From positions 82,115 to 146,114 of the forward strand of contig CALBSO010000109.1 of the NCBI GenBank assembly GCA_937968015.1: DNA of 64,000 nucleotides, given 5' to 3'. Each line of letters opens with the position of its first letter. Within the stretch, counting starts at the first letter, position 1. The position numbers were made by a program, and so were the translations under genes. Under the pieces are notes generated by a model. It saw only the letters and a list, made by a program, of their open reading frames with translations. It was not told the DNA's origin and made no database searches. Shown here in pieces: positions 17,476 through 25,802 of this stretch. This DNA comes from an uncultured Thermomicrobia bacterium. GTDB lineage: Bacteria; Chloroflexota; Chloroflexia; Thermomicrobiales; JALYUS01.

Positions 17476-17622
17476 TATCCTTTCCTCGGAAAACGCGGCC
17501 GCACGAGAACCCGTGTTCCCTCACCCCTGCGAGAGCCTACCAGACGACTGTAGACTTGACAATATTTTCATGCGGTACAGGGACAGATCGGTTCAGACAT
17601 GACGGCATCGGGCGCGCGAGGA

Positions 17623-17631
17623 TGCTATACT
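17623..17631 (+). promoter_or_regulatory. extended -10 element TGcTATACT upstream of cinA (possible leaderless mRNA)
   Basis: ATGCTATACT is identical to the decamer at 55882-55891. It ends 8 nt before ATG 17640. No convincing -35. Confidence 0.35.
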
Positions 17632-17639
17632 CTCCCGTC

Positions 17640-18179
17640 ATGGATACCGTCCGCGCCCTCTACGGGCGCACCGCCGCAACAGCCGACGATCCGCCTGGCA
17701 ACGACGCGATTGATGCGGGTATCGGCGCGCTCCTCGTTCGCCATGGCTGCACGATTGCCACCGCTGAGTCGTGTACCGGCGGTCTCGTCGCCGCGCGCAT
17801 CACCGGCGTGAGCGGCAGTAGCGCATACTTCCTCGGCGGTATCGTCTCGTACTCCAATGACGCGAAACACCGCCTGCTCGGTGTGCCCGAATTGATGCTT
17901 GAGCGGTATGGCGCGGTGAGCGTGGATGTCGCGCTCGCAATGGCGCGTGGTGTTCGTCGAAAGGTCGGGACGGACATCGGCATTGCCACGACCGGTATCG
18001 CCGGGCCGACCGGCGCGACTCCGACGAAGCCGGTCGGTCTCGTCTATATCGCGCTTGCCGCCGATGGCGTTGAGCGATGCCAGCGGTATTTTTGGACAGG
18101 AGACCGCTTGGCCAATATCACGGCATCCGCTGAGGCGGCGCTCCGCCTCGTTCGCTCCTATCTTGAGGAACTCCATTGA
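17640..18179 (+). CDS. CinA-family nicotinamide-nucleotide amidohydrolase domain protein (PncC-like)
   Basis: TIATAESCTGGLVAARITGVSGSSAYFLGGIVSYSNDAK and GIATTGIAGP are CinA C-terminal-domain signatures. The start is ATG 17640, possibly leaderless behind TGcTATACT at 17623-17631. Confidence 0.85.
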   Translation: MDTVRALYGRTAATADDPPGNDAIDAGIGALLVRHGCTIATAESCTGGLVAARITGVSGSSAYFLGGIVSYSNDAKHRLLGVPELMLERYGAVSVDVALAMARGVRRKVGTDIGIATTGIAGPTGATPTKPVGLVYIALAADGVERCQRYFWTGDRLANITASAEAALRLVRSYLEELH

Positions 18180-19459
18180 GTAGCCAGCCGATGTACCAGA
18201 AGACGACACTCCCGAACGGCGTTCGCGTCGTCACGAGCAGCATGGAGCATGTGCGCTCCGCGACGTTGCATGTCAACTATCGTGTTGGCTCGCGGGATGA
18301 GAGGGACGATCAGGCCGGTATCGCCCACTTCATCGAGCACATGGTCTTTAAGGGGACGAAGCGCCGCCCGCAATCGAGCGCGATCACCGAAGAGATCGAA
18401 GGGATCGGCGGCAATATTGACGCAGGGACGAGCCGCGAAACGACCTCATACTCCGTCCGCGTGCCGTATGATGCCTTGCAGACCGGTTTCGATGTGCTGG
18501 CCGACATGCTGCGTGGCTCACTCTTCCGAGAGGACGATGTCGAGAAGGAGCGCGAAGTCATCACCGAGGAGATCCGGGGTATCAATGACATCCCGGATGA
18601 GGTCGTTGGCGAATTGATAGACCGTCTCGTCTGGGACGGCGCGGCGGTTGGTCGGCCCATTGCCGGCTCGGAGGGGACCGTTGCACGGCTGACGCGCGAC
18701 GACTTGACGGCCTTCCTCATGACACGGTACGCACCGGAACGGTTGGTGATTTCAGCGGCAGGGAAAATCGCGCATGATGATGTCGTCGCGCTCGCGAACG
18801 CGGCATTCGGCGATCTCGCGCCGGCAACCCTGCCTCCCGACGCGCCGTTTTTACCGCCGGCGCAAACGAGGCCGCGCGTCGCGCTCGTTGGCCGGGAGAT
18901 CGAGCAGGCAAACCTGAGCCTTGCCGTGCAGGCAATTTCCTATTCCGACCCGCGTAAATACGCGCAGTATCTCCTGCATATCATCCTCGGCGGCACGATG
19001 AGCAGCCGACTCTTTCTGCGCATCCGCGAAGACCTCGGCCTTGCCTACCACGTCGGCTCGTACTTCCCGACGCTCGTGGATGTCGGGTGGGGGACGATCT
19101 ATGCGGGTGTGGACCCCGATCGCGCCGAGCACACCGTCACGGCGATCCTCGATGAACTCGTCCGTCTGCGGACGGAGCCGGTGACGCCAACCGAATTCGA
19201 GCGCGCGCGCCGCTACGTGACCGGCAGCCTGTTGATGGGGTTGGAGGGCAGCGCGCCGGTCGCCTCGTGGATCGGCATGCGTGAATTGCTGCTGGGGGAC
19301 ATCCTGACGCCAGAAGATGTGGTCGCGCACTATAACGCCGTGACGATTGAGGACGTACAAGCCCTCGCCTGCGATCTCTTCCTCCCCGAACGCCTCAACC
19401 TCGCCATCGTCGGCCCCTACGAGGATGACAGCCGCTTCCGCGCCCTCATTGGGGCGTGA
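18176..19459 (+). CDS. M16 family (pitrilysin/insulinase-like) zinc peptidase
   Basis: GIAHFIEHMVFKGT (HxxEH zinc motif). TTG start 6 nt after GAGGAA, overlapping the cinA stop. An alternative ATG lies at 18191. Confidence 0.88.
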   Translation: MSSQPMYQKTTLPNGVRVVTSSMEHVRSATLHVNYRVGSRDERDDQAGIAHFIEHMVFKGTKRRPQSSAITEEIEGIGGNIDAGTSRETTSYSVRVPYDALQTGFDVLADMLRGSLFREDDVEKEREVITEEIRGINDIPDEVVGELIDRLVWDGAAVGRPIAGSEGTVARLTRDDLTAFLMTRYAPERLVISAAGKIAHDDVVALANAAFGDLAPATLPPDAPFLPPAQTRPRVALVGREIEQANLSLAVQAISYSDPRKYAQYLLHIILGGTMSSRLFLRIREDLGLAYHVGSYFPTLVDVGWGTIYAGVDPDRAEHTVTAILDELVRLRTEPVTPTEFERARRYVTGSLLMGLEGSAPVASWIGMRELLLGDILTPEDVVAHYNAVTIEDVQALACDLFLPERLNLAIVGPYEDDSRFRALIGA

Positions 19460-19471
19460 CGACGTGGCGTC

Positions 19472-20656
19472 CTATTTCGCGTCCATCAGTGGCTGACGCT
19501 CGCGGACGAGCCGCTCCAGTAACTCGACTGCATATTCGAGTCCCGGCAGCGCCTGCGCCTCGTCCCGCAACCGCTCGGCGTTTTGCCGGTAGCGCGGATC
19601 ATGCAACAGTGTCCGGGTCGCCTCACGAATTGCGTCAGGCGTGCGCTCATGCGGTGCGATGATCCGCGCCAGGCCGAGTGCGGCGCACCGTCGCGCGTTA
19701 TCGGGCATATCGGCGGCGATCGGGATGATGACCATTGGCAAGCCATGGTCAATCGCGGTTCTGACCGTTCCGGAGCCGCCGTGGGTAATGATGATGTGGC
19801 AGTGTGGGAAAATCAAACTTTGCGGGATGTAGCGTTCGATGTGGACCTGCGGCGGTTGCTCCCCGAAGTCGGCGGGATCATGACCGGGGCCGAGCGTGAC
19901 GATGAGATTGAAGGGTTCGTCACGTAGCGCGGCGAGGATCGCCGAGAAGACATCAGGAGTACGGTTATACGCGGTACCGAGAGTCGCGTAGACGGTAGGG
20001 CGCTCCGGCAACTGCTCGACCCACGCCGGTAACTGTGTGTCGCCGGGTCGGTCGAGGTCGAAACTGATATGCCGGATGGCGTGGGCGGTCTCTGGCAAAG
20101 GCGTTGCCGTATCTTGATACCTCGGTGGGAAGGGGACGAGCAGCAAATAGCGATAGAGCATGTCGAGATTCGGGTCGGGTGGCAGGCCGATGGAGGCGCG
20201 CAGCCGGTCGAGTGGCGGGGCGAGTAATTGATGCAGGGAGGATCGAAAGGCCGAAATCTGCACTGCGGCATGGGGTAGACCCAGGTGTTCCGCTACCGCG
20301 CATGCGCCGAACTCCGAGGTCTCCCGCACCAGTACATCCGGGTGCCAGCCACTGGCAATCGCCAACAACTCTGGCAGGTCGCGCTCCGCCCTCGGTACGA
20401 AATGATTGACGAAAACAGACGCGGACTGCTCAGGCTCCGCCGGTTGGGGTGTTCCCTCACGCGATTCCTGTGATTCCTTCAGCCAATCATCAATGCCTAC
20501 CGGGAAGCAGCGAAAGCCATGTTCCGTGATGATCGAACAGAAGATGGGCGTACTCGCAAACGCGACTTCATGCCCAGCCTCCATTAATGCACGGGCGAAT
20601 GGCGCGAGGGGTCGCCAATGGCCCGTGCCTGCCTGAGTCGTGAACAATGCACGCAT
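19472..20656 (-). CDS. GT1-family (MGT/UDP-glycosyltransferase-type) glycosyltransferase
   Basis: The N-terminal GTGHWRPLAPFARAL and C-terminal ITHGGSGTVRTAIDHGLPMVIIPIAADMPDNA match the GT-B UDP-sugar transferase (macrolide-GT-like) pattern. Confidence 0.85.
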   Translation of the reverse strand: MRALFTTQAGTGHWRPLAPFARALMEAGHEVAFASTPIFCSIITEHGFRCFPVGIDDWLKESQESREGTPQPAEPEQSASVFVNHFVPRAERDLPELLAIASGWHPDVLVRETSEFGACAVAEHLGLPHAAVQISAFRSSLHQLLAPPLDRLRASIGLPPDPNLDMLYRYLLLVPFPPRYQDTATPLPETAHAIRHISFDLDRPGDTQLPAWVEQLPERPTVYATLGTAYNRTPDVFSAILAALRDEPFNLIVTLGPGHDPADFGEQPPQVHIERYIPQSLIFPHCHIIITHGGSGTVRTAIDHGLPMVIIPIAADMPDNARRCAALGLARIIAPHERTPDAIREATRTLLHDPRYRQNAERLRDEAQALPGLEYAVELLERLVRERQPLMDAK

Positions 20657-20714
20657 GCGCTACTCTCTGTGCTGGCAATCCATTCGCGCACCGCTTACTG
20701 GGGGAAGTCTTCCC

Positions 20715-20728
20715 GCTCAGCACTCAGC
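20715..20728. repeat. two tandem heptamers CTCAGCA (TGCTGAG on the minus strand)
   Basis: gCTCAGCACTCAGCAc, about 25 nt downstream (minus-strand sense) of the stop at 20751. Confidence 0.6.
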
Positions 20729-20750
20729 ACGTTTCACTCAACCCTTTTCG

Positions 20751-22001
20751 TTAGAGCCAGCCGCGTTGGGAGAGCCATTCGGCGCCGAGGCGACCAAGCG
20801 TGACGGCGCCGTTCGCGTCCATCTCGATGCGCGCGCGCTCGAATAATTGCGCCGTGACCTTGCGACCGTCTTTGGTGGTGTACGGGCCTTCTTCGGCAAT
20901 CGGCGCACCGAAGACATCGCTATCACCGTTCGCGGCGTACCACTGGAGGATGCCGCCCGAGATGCTGTGCCCGGTCGCGGCGACGTATCGGTTCTTTGCG
21001 GTGCTATCGAATGCCGCAACCGTATCGTACGGGCCGTTGACTTCCGCGAACCACGAACCGAGCGGTGCGAGCACGACGCTGTTGCTATCCGGTAGGTACT
21101 CAACGAGCACCCGCTCGAAGTACTGGTAAATATGCTGCCCGTCGTCCGCCTTGCGCACAAATACTTCGGAGAGCGGAAAACCGAGGGCCGGGATGCCGCC
21201 TTTGGCTTTCCAGAACTTGGCAATCACATCGGGCATGTTGTGGCCCGTCTGCGCGATGAATGTGTAGCCGGGTCCGAGGTCGGTCGTGCGGTCGAGCGGG
21301 GGTGACGCGGAGACGCCGAGAACCGGGACGCTGCTCAGATCAATGCCGCCCTTCGGCGCGCTGACCGACTTGGGGGGGGGTTGCGACGCGGTACTGGTGG
21401 CGGAACCATCATCCACGAGCCAGAGGAACGTGACGTCTACATAATCAGGACTATCCCCTAACCCGAGATCGGCGTACGTCCCGTCGCCGATGTCAATGCC
21501 GCACGGGACGGTGACGGTCAGGCCCGTGCCGCTCTTCCCGCCGTTGTAGCCGCTGTCGTAGGCTGCTTTCGCTTCCGGTACGCCGCGCGGAATGCCCTTG
21601 TATGTGCGCACGTCACTCGGATTCCAGTAGTCGTCGTCATTGTTCCATGGCCCGATGTCCAGAACAGGGGCGGTCACGCTCTTGCCCTTGTAGGCGATCC
21701 TGACCGTCTTGTTCAGCGCTTTGACGGATGGGAGGGCGACAAAATGATCGTTCGGGGTGATCACATGCCCCGATGAGGTCGTCCCGCCGACGAGACCCTC
21801 GCGCGTTGCGTACACGCGAAACGTCACGCTCGACGCGCTCTCGGCCACGATCGTGGGGGATACGCTCGATGCATTCGCGGGGGCTGCCGCGACAGGGTCT
21901 GCCACGAGAAAAGGAACGCCGCTGACTATGGCTGCGAGGGTAATGAGCATCAGGCGGACGACGCTGGTCCCGGATTCGCGCCTCATGCGGACGATCCGCA
22001 T
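20751..22001 (-). CDS. secreted RlpA-like double-psi beta-barrel (DPBB) domain protein with C-terminal repeat modules
   Basis: Signal peptide (LMLITLAAIVSGVPFLVADPVAA). YATREGLVGGTTSSGHVITPNDHFVALPS...GKSVTAPVLDIGPW resembles RlpA/3D-type DPBB domains. The C-terminus has QYFERVLVEY and QLFERARIEMD modules. ATG 22001 lies 5 nt after GGGGAGG. Confidence 0.7.
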   Translation of the reverse strand: MRIVRMRRESGTSVVRLMLITLAAIVSGVPFLVADPVAAAPANASSVSPTIVAESASSVTFRVYATREGLVGGTTSSGHVITPNDHFVALPSVKALNKTVRIAYKGKSVTAPVLDIGPWNNDDDYWNPSDVRTYKGIPRGVPEAKAAYDSGYNGGKSGTGLTVTVPCGIDIGDGTYADLGLGDSPDYVDVTFLWLVDDGSATSTASQPPPKSVSAPKGGIDLSSVPVLGVSASPPLDRTTDLGPGYTFIAQTGHNMPDVIAKFWKAKGGIPALGFPLSEVFVRKADDGQHIYQYFERVLVEYLPDSNSVVLAPLGSWFAEVNGPYDTVAAFDSTAKNRYVAATGHSISGGILQWYAANGDSDVFGAPIAEEGPYTTKDGRKVTAQLFERARIEMDANGAVTLGRLGAEWLSQRGWL

Positions 22002-22434
22002 CCCTACCTCCCCAACGCGCACCACCACACCGAAACGGTTTGTGTAGCAGTGCTCCCCGGATGCCGTCTGGCGCGTTCACACTGGTTTTCCCCAAACCAG
22101 TATTCGCGAACGCACGGTGCAACGCTCCATACGATAACACGGGCGCGCATCTGATGCAAATTCCACCTGTTCTGCACGCGTCCACCCGTCACATCGGCGC
22201 GACGACCATTGTCTCCATCTGCACAATCGGAAGGATTGCGGATGCATCGGCGGTGAACGAAACCCGGTTGCATCTTCTGGGGGGCACGACAGCGCGCGCC
22301 ACTGCGGATTAGAATGGGGAACCGAAGCCTCGGCCTCCTCCCGTCACTCCGGCGTGGGAAGGGGGAGGGAAAACAAGGGTCGAAACGGGATTCCCCTTCC
22401 ATGAAGGGGAGGGGTTAGGAGGTAGGCAACCCCC

Positions 22435-23712
22435 ATGGTCCTGACACGTTCTTCCGCTGCGATACCGACCGGTCGGCAGGTGAACCGTGTCATGGCGATC
22501 TATGTCTGCTATCAATTCCTCAGCAACTTCGGCCTCGGTGTCTTTACTCTCCTCTTCAACCTCTATCTGCGGAAACTGGGGCTGCGCGAGGACTTCATCG
22601 GCCTCTTCAACGCGCTCTCGACGCTGACGTGGGCGGCGGGCGCGCTGATCGTCGGGCCACTGAGCAGACGGATCGGCGCGCGGGCGATTCTGATCAGCGG
22701 TGTCTATCTCTTCACAGTTGTCGCGGCGCTGCAAGTGATAACGACCGCGCCATTCGCCTTGCTGGGGATCGCCTTCGCGCTCGGGTTCGCCAATGCCGCG
22801 ATGATGGTGCCTTCCACGCCCTATGTCTTCACGCTCATCCCGCCAGAGCGGCGCACGCAAGCGCAGGCGTTCGTCTTCTCCGCGATTGCGCTCTCGACGG
22901 CAGCAGGCGCATTCATGGGCGGCGCGCTGCCCGGGCTGCTCGGCGGCGACACGCTGCGGAACTTTCGGATCACGATGGCGATCAGCATCGCATTGACGCT
23001 CTGTAGCGTCGTGCCGCTCACTATCCTCCGCACGGCGCGGGAGCAACCGGATGCACCGAACCGGAGCGCACGGACACCACTGACGTCCGCGGAGCGGCAG
23101 CAATGCCGCCGGGATAATACCGCGTTCGCGCTCGTCGGCGGGTTCATGGCGCTCGGTACGGGGATGTTGATCCCTTTCTACAATGTCTACCTCTCGTCGC
23201 TTGGCGCGTCGCCGGGGGCGGTCGGCGCGCTCTTCTCGGTCAGCGCGCTGATCGGTGGCGTGGTCTCGCTCAGCGCGCCGCTGATCGCCCGTCACTTACC
23301 GCCGCTGCCTGCGGTCGCCGTCCTGCGCTCAATTTCGGTGCCGATGGCGCTCATTGTCGGCCTGGGATTCTCCGGATTGCCATTTGCGGGCGCGCTCTAC
23401 GCAATTCGCATGATTGGCACAAGCCTCTCCTGGCCGATCGAATCCAGCACCATCGGCAATGTCATTGATCCGCGCAACCGGGTGTCGCTGTTCGGGATGC
23501 GCTCGGCGGCATGGAACGGTGGCATGGCCTTCTCGTCCTGGGTCGGCGGAGCAATCATTGTCCATTTCGGCTACCGGCCCGTGCATGCCCTCTACGTGCT
23601 GGCGTACGTCGCGGCGATGGCGCTTTTCCTCGTCTACTGGCCGCGCCGTGTTCGCCGGGCGCACGAGGAGCGAGAAGCCCTGGCAAAGAGCGGTGCATTG
23701 CAACCGGCGTAA
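22435..23712 (+). CDS. MFS transporter
   Basis: About 12 hydrophobic segments, with a GPLSRRIGAR loop motif between TM2 and TM3 typical of MFS. Confidence 0.85.
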   Translation: MVLTRSSAAIPTGRQVNRVMAIYVCYQFLSNFGLGVFTLLFNLYLRKLGLREDFIGLFNALSTLTWAAGALIVGPLSRRIGARAILISGVYLFTVVAALQVITTAPFALLGIAFALGFANAAMMVPSTPYVFTLIPPERRTQAQAFVFSAIALSTAAGAFMGGALPGLLGGDTLRNFRITMAISIALTLCSVVPLTILRTAREQPDAPNRSARTPLTSAERQQCRRDNTAFALVGGFMALGTGMLIPFYNVYLSSLGASPGAVGALFSVSALIGGVVSLSAPLIARHLPPLPAVAVLRSISVPMALIVGLGFSGLPFAGALYAIRMIGTSLSWPIESSTIGNVIDPRNRVSLFGMRSAAWNGGMAFSSWVGGAIIVHFGYRPVHALYVLAYVAAMALFLVYWPRRVRRAHEEREALAKSGALQPA

Positions 23713-23716
23713 ATGG

Positions 23717-23783
23717 AGTAACGAGTAACGAGTAACGAGTAACGAGGGATTTCCGCCTTCTCGTTGCTCGCTACTCGTTACTG
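23717..23783. repeat. tandem heptamers AGTAACG x4 (23717-23744) with inverted copy (23760-23783)
   Basis: GAGTAACGAGTAACGAGTAACGAGTAACGAGGGATTTCCGCCTTCTCGTTGCTCGCTACTCGTTACTG, between the convergent MFS and oppC-like genes. Confidence 0.92.
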
Positions 23784-23784
23784 T

Positions 23785-24771
23785 TCATACCCCTCGTTTG
23801 CCGCGCGGATCGAGGGCGTCGCGCAAGCCGTCGCCGAGGAAGGTGAACGAGAGCATGGTGATCGCGATGGCGAGGCCGGGGAGCAGCACCTGGGTCGGCG
23901 AGTAGAAGATCGCCGGATATCCTTCGTTGATCATCGCGCCCCATGACGGGGTTGGTGGAATGACGCCAATGCCGAGATACGAGAGCGCGGCCTCCGCGAA
24001 GATCGCTCCGGGAACGCCGAATGTCACCGAGACGAGAATCGGGCCTAATGCGTTCGGAATCAGATGTTTCCAGAGGATCCGGCCCGACGTTGCCCCGATG
24101 GACCGGGCTGCTTCGACATACTCCCGACTCTTCAGGCTAATGATCTGTCCGCGCATCAGACGCGCGTCGCCGACCCACGAGGAGAGCCCAATGGCGATAA
24201 AGATGATGAAGAGCCCGCCGAGCAATTGCTTGATCGGACTTTCTCGGAGCGCCGAGGAGAGCAATACGATGAGGAGCAGCGTCGGGAAGGCGTACATAAT
24301 GTCAATTAAACGGCTGATTAGCGAATCTACCCAACCGCCAAAATAGCCGGCGATCGCGCCGAGCGGAATGCCAATACCGACGACCACCACTTGGACGACA
24401 AGCCCAACAGAGAGCGAGATACGGGCGCCATACAGCAGGCGTGAGAGGATGTCGCGACCAAGGTTGTCCGCGCCGAGCAGCCCGGCCTCACCCGGCCCCG
24501 CATTCGTATGACCACTATGGACGACATCGCGAAAGTTGTACGGCGCGAGGAGGGGCGCAAAAATGGCGATCAGGGCGAGGAGACCAATGATGATGAGGCC
24601 CGCGACCGCCAGTTTATTCTTCCGTAGCCGCCGCCAGGCGTCGCTCCAAAGACCACGGCTGCGACGCGACGGCACAAGAGGAGTGACCCGTGTCGCTTCC
24701 GCCTGAGCCGCGATCGAGCCGACCGCATTCCCCGCGATTTGTACGTCGTCACTACGCCGAGATCCTGCCAC
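23785..24771 (-). CDS. ABC transporter permease, peptide/nickel family (OppC/DppC-like)
   Basis: YVEAARSIGATSGRILWKHLIPNALGP is the EAA-loop region of OppC-type permeases. Multiple TM segments. Confidence 0.88.
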   Translation of the reverse strand: MAGSRRSDDVQIAGNAVGSIAAQAEATRVTPLVPSRRSRGLWSDAWRRLRKNKLAVAGLIIIGLLALIAIFAPLLAPYNFRDVVHSGHTNAGPGEAGLLGADNLGRDILSRLLYGARISLSVGLVVQVVVVGIGIPLGAIAGYFGGWVDSLISRLIDIMYAFPTLLLIVLLSSALRESPIKQLLGGLFIIFIAIGLSSWVGDARLMRGQIISLKSREYVEAARSIGATSGRILWKHLIPNALGPILVSVTFGVPGAIFAEAALSYLGIGVIPPTPSWGAMINEGYPAIFYSPTQVLLPGLAIAITMLSFTFLGDGLRDALDPRGKRGV

Positions 24772-24783
24772 GCTTCTCCCGCC

Positions 24784-25713
24784 CTAACTGTACCGCACGC
24801 GCGGATCAATGACGCTATAAAGGAGATCAACGGTAAGATTCGCGAGGATGAGAATCAGGGCATAAAGCAGCGTCGTCGCCATGATTACCGGATAATCGCG
24901 CTGTTGAATTGCCTCGACGTACAGGCGGCCGACCCCAGGAATACTGAAGACATTTTCAATAATGAACGAGCCGACGAGCAACCCGGCGGTAAGCGGCCCG
25001 GCGATCGTCGCGACGGGGATGAGTGCATTCCGCAGCATATGGCGTGTCACGACCGCCCCCTCCTGCAAACCTTTCGCCCGCGCCGTCTGCACGTATTCCT
25101 GGTTGATCGCATCGAGCATCGAGGAGCGCGTGATACGCGTCAGGAAGGCCATTGGCGTGAACGCGAGCGTGATGACGGGGAGGATCGCCTGTTTTGGCGT
25201 CCCCCAGCCTTGGGTCGGTATCCAGTGTAATTTCACCGAGAAGACGATGACGAGAATGATGGCGAGCACGAAATTCGGCACACTCGCCCCCGTGGTGGCA
25301 AAAATGAGCGAGATATAGTCCGCGAGCCGGTTCTGGCGCAGGGCGGCAATGACGCCGAGAGGGATCGCGAAGGCGATGATAACGACGAGCGCCAGCAGGC
25401 CAAGCGTCACGGTCTTGCCGAACCCCTGCTTGATGATGGATGAGACGGATGTGCCCTGTTGCAGTGATACCGAGACGCCGAAATCGCCGCGGAGTGCATG
25501 GCCCACATACCGCACGAACTGGACGGGCAGCGGATCATTGAAGCCATATTTCGCATCGAGACGTGCGACGACTTCCGGCGAGACACGCTTGCCAAGCGAC
25601 GCGTCATCGAACGGGCCACCGGGCGTCGCTTTCATCACGACGAACGTGATGACCGCGACGCCGAGCAGCGTTGGAATCATCTGGAGAATTCGGCGAACCA
25701 CGTACCGGTACAC
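24784..25713 (-). CDS. ABC transporter permease, peptide/nickel family (OppB/DppB-like)
   Basis: MYRYVVRRILQMIPTLLGV... and YVQTARAKGLQEGAVVTRHMLRNALIP are classic OppB-type motifs. Confidence 0.9.
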   Translation of the reverse strand: MYRYVVRRILQMIPTLLGVAVITFVVMKATPGGPFDDASLGKRVSPEVVARLDAKYGFNDPLPVQFVRYVGHALRGDFGVSVSLQQGTSVSSIIKQGFGKTVTLGLLALVVIIAFAIPLGVIAALRQNRLADYISLIFATTGASVPNFVLAIILVIVFSVKLHWIPTQGWGTPKQAILPVITLAFTPMAFLTRITRSSMLDAINQEYVQTARAKGLQEGAVVTRHMLRNALIPVATIAGPLTAGLLVGSFIIENVFSIPGVGRLYVEAIQQRDYPVIMATTLLYALILILANLTVDLLYSVIDPRVRYS

Positions 25714-25802
25714 GGCAGACCCTCACGCGACACCGAGTGAATAACGCGTATGAATGGGCAGGAGAGGGGCGGACGCCAGTCCGCCCCTCTCCTGCTGTCC
25801 GC

